Shown here one piece after another: positions 36,855 to 49,703 of a DNA stretch of 64,000 nt. Position 1 is the stretch's first letter, and each line of letters begins with the position of its first letter. Both the position numbers and the translations under genes were made by a program. The stretch is from contig NC_135667.1 in assembly GCF_964188315.1 (NCBI RefSeq), forward strand, positions 22,630,001-22,694,000. The letters are read 5' to 3'. The DNA is from Podarcis muralis (taxonomy: Eukaryota). The notes under the pieces were generated by a model that worked only from the letters and a program-made list of their open reading frames with translations, was not told the DNA's origin and did not search any database.

Positions 36855-38744
36855 ATGCATTTGTTTCTTTCAAACCTTCTCCCTCTGGCTAGGAATACAA
36901 TTCATCATTGCTTGATATTCATCTTAAATGCACTCAATCTGGACCTATTCAGTTTATGTGCAAATATGATCAGAGTCTTTATCTTATATCATAACAGCAA
37001 CTATTCTATGACCTGGTCAAAGTGTGCCTTTAAACAAATCGTTGTGTGCAATGACAATGCAAGTTGTACCATCACATTTTATGGAATCAAAGGGAAATAA
37101 ATTTTGTTGGAATGAAAGAACCCATCACATCTAGGGATACTTTTGAATTTCGAAGGGCACTTTTTAATTTGTGAGTTTCAAAGCATGACAGCAACCATGC
37201 TATGTGTAGCTATTTGAATAACATATTGCTTTTTTAAAAAAAGAAGAAATAAAAGAAAGTTTGTTTAAAGGCAGTTTGCCCATGTTATAAAATTTTAAAT
37301 AGCTTAGTAGTAGAATTCATGCAGTTTTGTTTTATTTTTTTAAAATATGCAGTTTAATGCGGAAAAAGATGGACTGGGCCTTGCTTTGAAGATTTGTGAG
37401 TGGCATGGCTCAAACATAGACTAATCTGTCTGCTTTTGTCTCTGGCCCTATGAACTAGAATTTCCATTGCATGATTTCCCTCTAGATTAAGAATCAAAGA
37501 TTAGAGTCTCTCCCCCATGTGTCTGTCTATTGGAAATGAAGAGGAAATCTCTTCCATTTAGACACCCTTGGTGGGTGGTTTCTTAAAACTCTTTCCCTGA
37601 GTCTTCTCAGTGACTCTGCTGCTGTCTCCCTCCTCCTTACTCTTAACATTAGTACACTTTCAAAATTGAAATCTGGAATTATTCCTCATCCTCAGAATGA
37701 TCTTTCCCGCACATGCTAGATCACCCATTCCTTCTACATATTACATGTAATATTAAACGTGTCTGTATTTGAGCTTTAAATAGTAGGCATGGAATGGGCA
37801 ATTAGGGTCAGGACTGTGATGTTCAGCAAAGGAGGAAATGACCTTCTCTTCCGCTACCACAGTCTGGAAGCTTCAAGGATAGACAGGTAAAAACCACATG
37901 CCCCAAACTGCATGCTAATTCCTACCACTCTTCAAACAATAATGAACGTTGGCACATACCGGTAACTAAAACTGAGCCATACAATCAGAGCAATCAGCTA
38001 TCCTGTGATCATGGATGCATTATTTCTAGTGGCTGCAAGGTCAGAGATCACTCTCATCTCATCAAACGGAAGTTGGATACTTCCCTTTCCACACAACATG
38101 GTTGTGTATTCATGCACAGTGTCACATTAGATACAGATAGATAAGAAAACGAATGATCAAGGAAGCATTCAGTTGTAGATTAACTATTACCCTTCTAAGC
38201 ATGCCATTTCTCTACAACTTCATAGTGTCATGACAAGGATGTTGTTCTTCAACTGTCATTTCAACAAACTTGGAACACATTACAATTTTCACTACTTCAG
38301 TCAACATGTTTCTCTCAGTAGTAACTCTTTTAGTTTTGATGCCATTAAAGTTCCTCTGGAGGATACTCATTACAGATCTTGTACCACTCAATTATATACT
38401 TTCTCATCAAGGCCCTGTGGGTTCCAAGAATAATATGCTGTATATTTGCTTTCTTACCAAGTCCTTGTAAGGATTCCAGAAAGCTGCATCATAACAACAC
38501 ACAATCACATATCAAAAGAACTTTATATATATTCCATGTTTTGTCATTGAGAACTGGAGAGAGTGTTCCATGAATCCAGTAACGGTTTCTTCATTTTGAA
38601 GGGAGGAAGTTAGCTTTAAATCTTGCAACACATGGGTCATTAGTATTCAGAGACAGGTTGCTATAACAAAAAAATAAAATTTATTGCTATGGCTATAGGT
38701 GGAAATCTGTGATCTACATCTAGAGAGGAATTACAGTAATTAGG

Positions 38745-41700
38745 ATGGTGTTCTTTGAAGTACTACTCTTGTTGTTGCAGGTACTCCACACTGGGTTCCA
38801 GGAGCAGTCTGCTAAATGTGTCCTCCGTGACCCCATCTCTACTGATCATAAATATTATAAGACAGGTGAACTCATGATTGGTGGGATTTCTTCTCAGATG
38901 ATGATATATTTGGATCAATATTCCTTCACTGACTATCCTTCTCCTAACTTTGAAATTCCCTAGTAAGAACCTATTTTGTTTCAGTTGCATATATTATTAA
39001 CTGTTTACAGATCTCACTTTAATCCTATGCATAATTACTTGGGAGTAAATCTCACTAAATTCAGTCAGGCTTATTTCCAGGTATGTATGCAAAGACAGTC
39101 TTAGTTGATTAAACAAAAGATCATTATTCTACAGTAGGCCTCGGTATATCCCTTTCTTTTATCAAATGCTAGTATATCCCAGTGTGCACATCACACAAAC
39201 ATTTCTTCATGACTTTATTAATTCTCTTTGGCTTCCTTTTCTATCTGAACTTTTCTGTTTCCTTTCTCCAAAAAAAATAATAATTAAAAATTGTTTCTAA
39301 TATGACCACCATTTCTGTTTTCAATATTCCTAAATTATTGTGTCATCATCTTGTGCACTATAGCAATATGCCCTTGGCTTATGATTGTATTTCTGTTGTT
39401 TAGTTTCCATCTCTGGTGCATTTGCTTTATAAGGAAAGACTCCAATGTGAAACCCTTTACCATTTTAGTTTGATGTATCACTTAATAATCAAGGGATATA
39501 AATATTTCAAGTTTTCAAGCCACTTTTTGCATTGTATCCAGATGCCCTCCTCTGTGATGTTATTTTTGTTCACTGGAACGAGACACTGTCACTCACCTTG
39601 GTACCATACTTTCAGGAGGCAGGTTTCCATTATACACACCCTTTAGAATGAAATTCTGAGAATCGTTCTCTGCCCTTCCTTAATACATACTTGTCTTCAA
39701 TAATCAGCATGACCTCTGGTGATTTTGTCAGTTCATACTTCCTTCCTATCAGCTATTCTTGTTCTTGTTGTTGTTAATTATGCATCACTTTATAATCTAA
39801 GGTTGCAAGGTGACTTACTTGGTAAATACAGAAATATTTAAAAGCATATAACAATAATTAATCATACTAAACATCTCCCTAAGTGCACATTTCTAGGCAT
39901 AAAAGTATCAAAAGTGATCACCAAGCAGTTAAAAAAATCCACTGAACATGAAGAGACATATGGAAACATTCAAATACTTCAGTGTATTTTTTTTAAAAGT
40001 TCATTCTTGAAGTGGAATAGTAACCAAGCACTAAAGTGCTTAATAAAATGAATTTGATTAAGGATGGCAAAGTGGTATCTTGAAGGAGGACTGTACAGTT
40101 TGGTTTGTGATGGAACTTCTTAAAGAGAATGTTGGAATTCACAGCAATTCGCAACTGTCTCTTGTCACTAAGCAGTCTGTGTGATTGTGAAAGTCTGGAC
40201 AGCTCTCAGCACTCATTCCATTTTCTAATAACTTTATAATTTGTTTTACCTTATAAAAAAAAGAAAGGCACTAAGTGACTTACAAACTAATATAAAATAT
40301 AAAGAAGTTATTTATAGCAGTCATCAGTTAATTAACAAAAAACAATATTATTCACACAAAAAACCCAAACCAGAAACAGTAAAGCTTGCAAGAGTAATGT
40401 TTTACAGAGTTGTATGCACTGATTAAGATATTGAAAGTGCAGGAAAGCTAATAAAGATTTTCATGATTTGTTGGATATCCCTGTGAAACATTTTCTAACT
40501 TTTGTTGCAGTTTCGTGACAAAGAATTACCAGCATGTCCTGGCTTTGGCATTTGCTATAAATGAGATAAATGAACAGCCCCACATCTTGCCCAATGTCTC
40601 CTTGGGATTCCACATCTCTGAGAGCTACTTTAATCCAAGGAGATTCTATCAGATTGCAATGGATTTTTTTTCCACACAGCATAGCTTCATCCCCAATTAT
40701 AAGTGTGACCTTCAGAACAAACTCATAGCAGTCATTGGGGGACTGAGTTCTGAAACCTCCCGCCATTTGGCTTCCATTTTGAACATCTACAAGCTACCAC
40801 AGGTAAAATGTGGCCATATTCAGAGTAATGTCGCAATTTTCTTTTCTTTGCCTTCCTGGCATGTGGGTTTTTATATGAGTGTATATTCACACAGTCAGCA
40901 CAGTTCAGCAGGATAAGGACTAGATCACAGGATGATGGGCATTTATTCCCTTTATTCATATTTGGAATGGGAGAAAGCATTGGAGCTAATTAAGACAAAT
41001 TCAACTCAAATCAATTTACTAGCTAGTCCTAAAGCTAGGGAGATGATGTGCAATTTAACTCTCTCACGCCATGGTACAAGGCCCACAAGACATGCAGAAT
41101 TATGTTGCTAAAAGAGGAAATGGTTATACAGTTTTGCGGAAATTGATGTGGAGGCCCATAATTCTATTCCCACAGCAATATGGTAAGTGAAGCTAATATG
41201 GTCCAAGGTGTGGCAGCTCTGAGATAAATGGAGCCCAGGTTGTTAATTCAATCTGAAGGCATACAGGCAGCCAATGCAGTTGGGAACAAATTATACATAT
41301 ATGCTAATGTCAGGAGTCCAGGTTCCCAGCTTGATAACACAGTAAGCATAGATAATTAAAAGGAGGATTTATTCCAAAAAATCAACAAATAACTTTGGAT
41401 GCCTCAAACAAAGTCTCCAGCATCATTACTCAAGATGACCCTTCTGAAGACTGCTTCTGATGTTGACAGAAGAAACCTACGAACCTCGCTTCTCTTGTTT
41501 TGCTTCTTGTCCAACAGCCCTCCCATTCGCTGATTCCTCTGAGAAATTGGCTCATCTCCAACCTCTTTCTTTTCTGGAAGACTCTCTTTGTCTCTGTTTG
41601 CGCCTAATTGATCTTCCGGAGAGCTTTGGCTGTGTTGCAGCCTGCTCTCAGTCGTTCCGTTGGTAACCGGCATTCCAAAGCCCATGGGAGTTGCACTGGG

Positions 41701-44700
41701 CACTGGCCGCTGTTCAGCCTGCTGCAAATCTAACTCTCTCTGTTCTGAAGCAGGCTGTGAAGTTTCACTAGGAGCTGGCTCATTCCTGACAGTTAATATC
41801 TCACCACATACACTAGAAGCACAGAAGCATTATGCACTACTCAAAGCTTCTAAGTTGTCTTCAGCAGTAGGCCCATATTAAGAACTGTACAATAGTGAAG
41901 TCTGAAGTTTATGAATGCATAAATTATTCCTCAACTCTATCCAGGAAGCAGAGCATATTCAATTTCACTAGAAGCTTCACTGTGAATAAAAATAAAAGTA
42001 ACAAAAATCCATAAAATAATTAGGGACATTAATTAGGGATATGTCTGTCTGCTTGCCTTTTTAGTTCAGCTATGGTGATTTTGTCCCCATGATGAGGGGT
42101 CAAATCCATTCTCTTTCTTTTTACCAAATGGTTCCAAATGATATCCATCAGTACAGAGGGATTGTCCAGCTACTCCTGCATTTTAGATGGACTTGGGTCG
42201 GTCTAATGGTCATGGATGATGAAATTGGAGAATTATTTCTGCAGAACTTCCTACCAGTGCTTTCTAAAAATGACATCTGCCCTGCCTTTATAGAGAAAAT
42301 TGCCATAATATTCTTTTTTGATGACTTGTTTCATTTGCAAGAAAGGTGGAACAAAACATTTCAAAATGTTATGGAGAGTAATGCAAATGCTATTGTTGTC
42401 TATGGAGAAACCAGGACCATGTTAAGTCTGAGGGGTTTGCTGCATGAAGGTGAAACTGACTATGAGAAAGCATTTGGTAAAGTGTGGATTATGGCATCAC
42501 AATTGGATGTTGCTGCAGTGCCCATTCATAAGGATTGGAGTATAGAAGCCTTCCATGGTGCCTTAAGCTTCACAACTCACTCAGAGGAGGTATCGGGTTT
42601 CCAAATGTTTCTTCGAAACTTAAGGCCTCATTTAGTCAAGGGGGATGGTTTCATCCAACTATTCTGGGAACAAGTATTTGGCTGTTCATTTTCAAATTAT
42701 GATTCTAATGAAGTTGATGCAGAAATCTGCACTGGGGAAGAGAGTCTGGAGAGCCTCCCTGGGCCTTTCTTTGAAATGAGCATGACTGGTCATAGCTACA
42801 GTATCTACAGTGCTGTTTATGCTCTGGCAAATTCTGTACATGCCATGTACTCATCCAGATCCAAATCCAGAGTACTGGTAGCCAGAAAGAATCTGGAATA
42901 TAACAATGTGCCAGCATGGCAGGTAAAGGACATTGAAAGACTCTGTTGAACTACAATGAATAAAATGAACGCATGATATATTTTTATACCTAAGTGATGT
43001 TCCTGACACCCACAGTCTGAGTAAAACATTGCCTTGCTACTCTTTTAAAATTGCCATTATGGAATTGTTCTCTTTTTTTGGTCATTTCTCCTAGCTCCAT
43101 CCAATTCTGAGGAATATCACATTGAAGAATGGTGTTGGAGAAACAATGGTTTTGAATGAGAATGGAGAATTTACAATGGGGTTTGATATTACAAATGTAA
43201 TTACCTTCCCAAATAACTCATTTGTTAGAGTGAAAGTTGGAAGGATGAATCCTTGGGCTCTGGAAGGCAAAGATTTCAGTATTGATGTAGCGGCCATTAC
43301 ATGGCCCAGAAGCTTTAATCAGGTAGGATGTTATGATTTCTTTATTTGTCTGTTTGTTTAATTAAATTTCTATCATGACCTTCTTCCAAAAGGAGGCAGG
43401 GCACCAAACAACAAGTGATAAAACAATGCAACATATTCAAAACATTTTAAAAAACAGTTCCAATCTGGATGCAGACTGGGAAAAGATCTCAAGGCTTAAA
43501 ATGCTTGTCAATATAGGTAGATCTTCAGTAACCACAAAAAAGATAATGGAGATGGCACCTGTCTAATATTCAAGGGGAGACCATTCCAAAGGGTGAGTGT
43601 CATTGCCACAACCTTGACACAATACTGTGCACTCTGATAGATACCTTGTCAGAAGATCAGTTCTACACACTGATTTTTAACGGAGCGAGAGTGATCTTTC
43701 AGGTGCTATGGTCCCAGGCTATTTAGGCTTTTATATGCCAAAACCAGCACCTTGAACTTAGCCTTGAACCTTTGTGGTGGCCAGTGCAATTCTTTCAGTA
43801 GCTATTTGGTGATTATGTGCCCCAGTGAGCACTTGAACTGCCATATTTTTGCTCCAGCTCCCGCTTCTGAACCAATACCACTTTTTGTAATAATTTTTAT
43901 TGAGCTTCTCAATATTACAATTTAATATAAAAAAGGAAAACAGATTAAAACAAAACAAACAAACAGAGGGCAGAGAATTTACATATATCCAAGGCAATTG
44001 AGCCATATGGAATACATATTGGAGTGGAAATAGGAATGAGAGGATTGAAAATATAAAATGTTTTTGAATTCAGAACAGTTGATATGAGAGTGATCTTGTC
44101 ATGCTCTGGCAGGCAACTGCACATTGGATCAATCTTAAAATGCATTTTTCAAGTACTACTGCTTTATATCTCTTTGACAGGTAATGCCCCTTTCTCTCTG
44201 TAATGATAAATGCCATCCTGGTCATCAGAAGAAAAAGAAGGAAGGGATGCCTTTTTGTTGCTATGATTGTGTTCCATGTCCAAAGGGGAAGGTTTCACCT
44301 CAGATCGGTAATCAAGCACTACTAGTGGTGTATAGTTACTTAATATCTTCCTGTTCACTCAGGAGTTTGCTGGTTACTAATTCCCAAGTTCAAATAAGTG
44401 ACTGGAGTTTTGCAATGGTTATACATACATGCATGTATCCCCCCCCCCACTCTCTCTCTCTCTCTCACACAAAATATCCAGTTAAGTGTAAAATAATAAT
44501 TCTTCAAATTTCTTCTTTGTCAAAGTAGTTTGCAATAACTGTCATTAGGGGTCCATTGTCACAACACATTAAATGTGTTGGGTGAGGGGTTATTGGTTTG
44601 TGTTTTGCTTTTTGCTTTATTATGTGTTTTCATTCAGTATTTTAATGTTGTGAACTTTCCTGTGGTCCTTAGATGAAGGGCAGTATACAAATTTAATAAA

Positions 44701-46037
44701 TAAATAAATACACATTTCAAAAAGGAATAATTCACAGCCATGTCTGGAGATGACATTGACTGGATGTTGTACTCCACCTCTAAGATATGCCACTTCCTGT
44801 GCACACTATATGTGTGACAAGCTGTAGACAGGTATCTGTGGCTGTGGTTGATTTGTAGTAGGTGGGCTTCTGTATCCAGCTTCCTTTCATGCCCAACTCT
44901 GCTACCTATAAAATACATCCTGGGAGTGGCATTGATTCCAAGATATGGGTTACCACAATCTATTTGCCTTTAGAGATTGGCATTAACACTGAGAGCTGTA
45001 TTTTGTTTCTAATGGGAGACCCACACCATTATCTCCATGTGACCACCATATGGTCTGTAGTAGATGTAGAAGACATATTGGCAGTTGCAGATGACTATAT
45101 GTAAACCAGCTTTTAAAATATTCTTATTTCCACAGATGCAGGTTCCTGTACTGCCTGTCAAGAAGATCATTATTCAGATAAAGAACAAACTCAGTGTATT
45201 CCCAAAGAAGTAACCTTCCTGTCTTATGGGGAGCCTTTGGGGATAAGCTTAGCCATTTGTGTGCTTTTATTTTCCACAATCACAGCTCTAGTGCTGGCAA
45301 CCTTTATAAGGCACCACAACACCCCCATTGTCAAAGCCAACAACCGGAACCTCACCTACACTCTCCTTATCTCCCTGATGCTTTGCTTCCTTTCTGCATT
45401 TCTGTTCATTGGTCGACCTGAGAAGGTGATGTGTCTCCTTCGTCAGGTGGCCTTTGGCATGGTCTTCTCAGCAGCTGTGTCTTCTGTGTTAGCAAAAACT
45501 ATCACAGTGGTTCTGGCTTTCATGGCCACCAGGCCAGGAAACAGCATGAGAAGATGGGTAGGAAAAAGAGTGGCCAACTCCATTGTTCTTTTCTGTTCCA
45601 TTGTACAAGCAGGCATTTGTATTGTATGGCTGGCTATGTCTCCCCCTTTCCCTGATGTTGACATGAAGTCAGTGACTGAAGAAATTGTACTGGAATGTAA
45701 CGAGGGGTCTGTGACTATGTTTTATTGTGTCCTGGGTTATATGAGCTTCCTGGCTTTTGTGAGCTTCACTGTGGCTTTCCAGGCCAGGAAATTACCCGAC
45801 AGTTTCAATGAAGCGAAGTCTATCACTTTCAGCTTGCTGGTGTTTTGCAGTGTTTGGTTATCCTTTGTTCCAACCTACTTGAGCACAAAGGGGAAATACA
45901 TGGTAGCTGTGGAGATCTTCTCCATCTTAGCCTCCAGTGTTGGCCTGTTGGGTTGTATCTTTTTCCCCAAATGCTACATTATTATACTGAGACCAGACCT
46001 GAACAAAAAAGATAAGCTTATTAAAAGAAACAGCTAG
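38745..46037 (+). CDS. V2R gene F, intact, 874 aa
   Basis: Exons 38745-38962, 40511-40802, 42065-42922, 43095-43322, 44181-44307, 45136-46037 (218/292/858/228/127/902 bp); GT-AG, in frame. Confidence 0.95.
41308..41791 (-). mobile_element. Solo LTR (Gypsy/ERV-like) in gene F intron 2
   Basis: TGTCAGGA...TCCTGACA inverted termini; 5-bp TSD gctaa/gttaa; AATAAA on the minus strand about 60 bp from the end. Confidence 0.8.
43575..43875 (-). mobile_element. L2 LINE 3' fragment
   Basis: aaaaccagcaccttgaac..gccagtgcaattc..; the reverse complement gives [16 protein letters not shown], as in the other L2 copies. Confidence 0.65.
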
Positions 46038-46889
46038 AAAAAACCCCTCTACTTTTATTAGGGTTATGGTCTCTTCTAAGCTTTGAGTGCAACCATAATC
46101 ATGGAGACAAATTGCCTTATAGCCATTTAGGAAGATTTGAAATTCACACACATTTGCAATGTGGCAGGAAGGAAGGAAGAAATTACTCTTTTGGAAATAA
46201 AACATATCTTTCTTTAAAATGTCTTCCATGTCTGTGTATGAACATATTCTGTAAATGCTTGGTCTTTGTTCTAAACTGAACACACCTGATGAGTACTCCC
46301 TGAGAAATGTTGTGTTTAAAAAGGAGTCCTTCTTTGAAATCCAGATTCCAATGCATTCCTTGCTATGGTACTAGAAAGCAAATCTTTTTATACAATGCCA
46401 GTGTAGGTAGTAGAATATATTGTATGATATAAGAGGTACATAAGGGCAGTCATTTTTTTCTTGCTGTGGTTTTCTTGAAATAGCTGACCCATTGCTTTCA
46501 TGGGTTCTTGTGAATTCTGTTTCAAAGCCATCAGCCTTCTTATGTTTTGCAGTACAGACAACTCCCCATTTACACACATCCAATTGATGCACAACTGCAT
46601 ACATGCACATCGTGCCGAACCCAGAAATGACTTTTAAAATGGCAAAATAGCCCTAAAAGAGCCCAGAAAGGACAGAACAAAGCACCTAGCAATCCCACAA
46701 TCCTATGCAATTGTAGTTACACACAGAAGGCAATAAACACTCATGGACACCATAAGAATTCAGTCAAGTGTAGAATTTACTTAACAGCCTATAAAAGCAT
46801 CATTAGTAGCAAATATATACAACATTTACCACAGCCACAGTCCAAGCTTCTCCCTCTCCAATGTAAGTCACAAGCAAGGACTTTCTTTC

Positions 46890-47520
46890 TACCTTTATGT
46901 TCATTGGGCAACCTGGAAAAGTGAAATGCCTCCTCCGTCAAATACCATTTGGCATGGTCTTCTCAGCAGCTGTGTCTTCTGTGCTAGCAAAAACCATCAC
47001 AGTGGTTCTGGCTTTCATGGCCACAAAGCCAGGAAGCAGCATGAGAAGATGGGTGGGGAAAAGAGTGGTCAACTCCATTGTTCTCTTATTCAAGCAGGCA
47101 TTTGCACTGTATGGTTGCTCACCTCTCCCACTTTCCCAAATAATGATATGAACTCAGTAGCTGAAGAAATTGTACTTGAATGTAATGAGGGGTCTGTGAC
47201 TATGTTTTATTGTGCCCTGGGTTATATGAGCTTCCTGGCTTTTGTGAGCTTCACTGTGGCTTTCCAGGCCAGGAAGTTACCAGACAGTTTCAATGAAGCC
47301 AAGCTGATCACTTTCAGCATGCTGGTCTTTTGCAGTGTTTGGTTATCCTTTGTCCCAACCTACCTGAGCACCAAGGGAAAATACATGGTGGCTGTGGAGA
47401 TCTTTTCTATTTTGGTCTCCAGTGCTGGGCTGCTGGGTTGCGTCTTCCTCCCTAAATTCTACATTATTGTCCTCAAGCCAGAACAGAAGAGTTCAGCTAA
47501 TTATGAGAAAAGGGTAAACA
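46890..47520 (+). pseudogene. V2R fragment G: 5'-truncated, frameshifted exon 6
   Basis: [18 protein letters not shown]...NSIVL, then a 10-nt deletion at about 47085, then [11 protein letters not shown]...[11 protein letters not shown] with a further deletion in the tail. Confidence 0.9.
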
Positions 47521-47665
47521 ATTTATTTGTTTTGTTAAATATTTCCCAATGTCCATTGATTCATGTGGACACTAGGTAACTGTTAGCCTTGACACATGCT
47601 GCCAGGTCACAGCCCATCAATATTTCCACTGACACCTTTTTGTGATTTTGCATGGGAATTTTGCA

Positions 47666-47898
47666 GGAGAGCCAGTGTGGCGCTGTTCTTAAAGTTTCGA
47701 TCTATGACCTGGAATACCAGGGTTCAACTCCCCAATCATCCATGAAGCTCACAGGTTGACCTTAGCCAGGCATTGTCTCTCAACCTAACCTACCTCACCA
47801 GGTTGTTGTGGGGATTGAATGAGGAATGGGGAGAACCATGTACATCACCTTGAGCTCCTTGGAGAAAAAAAGGTGGAAAATAAATGCAATAAATAAAA
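47666..47898 (+). mobile_element. MIR/Ther1-type CORE SINE (Squam3-like)
   Basis: tRNA-like head gagccagtgtggcg..cagggttcaactcccc, CORE-like cctacctcaccaggttgttgtggggatt, A-rich tail. Confidence 0.75.
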
Positions 47899-48119
47899 AG
47901 AAATAAGGGGTCTTTTGAGAAATTGAAAGCCCCGCTCTTTCAATTTTCTTTACTCTTAAGGATCCATATTCATTGGGCCCACATTCTGAAGTGATTCTCC
48001 TGATCCAAATCTCCAGAATTAAAGTGTGACTCAGAAAATTTATTAAGTTTGTTAATTTGATTCCAAAGATTTTATTGAGGATGTCCTTTATCCCCCTCCC
48101 CACTTTTCCCATTCAAGAT

Positions 48120-48600
48120 TTATGCACGGGTTACATTCCGGGCCTCACCACACGTCAGTGAAATGCACGAAGATGGGGAGCACCCTGGAGAGTCCTAGTA
48201 GCTCACGAGGAGACCTTCCTCAGAGCCCAAAGAGGCTAGTCAGCCTCCTTTGCTAACAGCAGATGTGCAAGGTAATGTATCAGCCGCCACTACTTCCCCA
48301 TGCATCAGCTGACAAAGCCCCTCTGCACCTCTGGCTCCCAGAGCCCAAAGAGGATGTAGGGGCAGTGGGGCTTTGCTGAGGCTGCTCAGCTGATGTGTGG
48401 GGAAGTGGCGGCAGCAGTGGTGACAGCTGATGCACTACCCCACACATTAGCTGTTAAGTGGGAAGGTGAGCAGCTTCAACAAAGCATCACCCAAGAAAGC
48501 CAGGAGGACTCTCCAGGGTGCGCCCCACTTCTAGGTTCCACTTCCAGGTTTCCGGCACCATGTGTGTGCACAGTAATACACAAATAAATCATGTGCATAT
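48120..48600. mobile_element. Probable fold-back non-autonomous DNA element
   Basis: Termini tatgcacg / tgtgcata; internal inverted pair gccgccactacttcccca..catcagctga / tcagctgatg..tggggaagtggcggc. Confidence 0.4.
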
Positions 48601-49703
48601 GAGGAGTTGCCTGTGTTTCCAGTAGCAGCAATGATGGACATCAAATCACTACCAGATCAACAGGGAAACATTATGCCAAGTCTCTTATATACTGCTCAGA
48701 GACAGTTGTAATTAAGTGGTATATAAATTGTCAAAATAATAAATAGCAGCCACTGGAGCACTATCTTTTCTCTGCACCGTCACTTATAAGAATTACAGAG
48801 AAACCCAAACCATGTCTATTCAGAAGTTCGTCTTATTCAATTCAGTGGCTCTCAGATAAGTGCAGTTAGGATTGCTGCCTCAAAGAAGTAGAGCTGTGCT
48901 AAGGAAAACCTTAAAAACTCCCCTCTCCCTGAACATTCATTAGTTAGGGAACTCTTAGAGCATCCAAGGCAGGTTGTCAGCACCATTTTTGAGCTCTTGT
49001 GAAGGTTTGTTTTCAGCTGATCCTTTGAAATTGCCACATGGCATTGTTATGATGTCAGGTGATTGACATATGGGTGGCCCCTGTCAAAGTTGGCCTGCAA
49101 GGGTATGGGTATGGGTCCATTCCACTGGCCAGATTCAGTTTCTCACCATTGCAGTAGGATAAGGGGCAAGCCTCTCCTGAACATTTTGTGTAATCTGCTT
49201 GCCCAGCCATGTCTAGAAAGTAGCAGAAATTCAGATACCCTTAGGAACATAGGGAAAGTTGTGGTTATTTTGGCCAACATGTTTTCTTTCTCCAGGAAGT
49301 ATGTTGAACAGAATGTCACCTGGATCCTTGGGGGAGGCTAATTACAGGTTTTGCCATTCTCAATTGCATACATTGTGATTGTCATTAAGGTCTCTGAGAT
49401 GTGCCATATTTTTCTCCCTTTGACCAAGCCACCTCCTGGTTTCCAGAATCTGAATCATAACAAAACACTAACAAAGGCCAAGCTATGATTTTAAAAACCA
49501 TGCTTGGTGTTCAAAACTGGAGCTAAGGACCCAGGCTCCAGCATACTCCAGTTCCATATAGTTTTCTGGTATATGTATGTAGATAGAGGATACAGGCTCC
49601 AAATATTGCATCAGCAGAGGCTGCTGCTTTTCAAGCCAGACTACTATACATACCTGTTGTTATGACAGAAGGTGGGAAATCTGGCATCTGCACTGAGAGG
49701 GGA

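Noticed and set aside
36574-37100. ORFs rich in KRKEK or FFSFL
   Set aside because: Translations of the (AAAAG)n microsatellite; the same applies to the poly-E ORF at 18651-18863.
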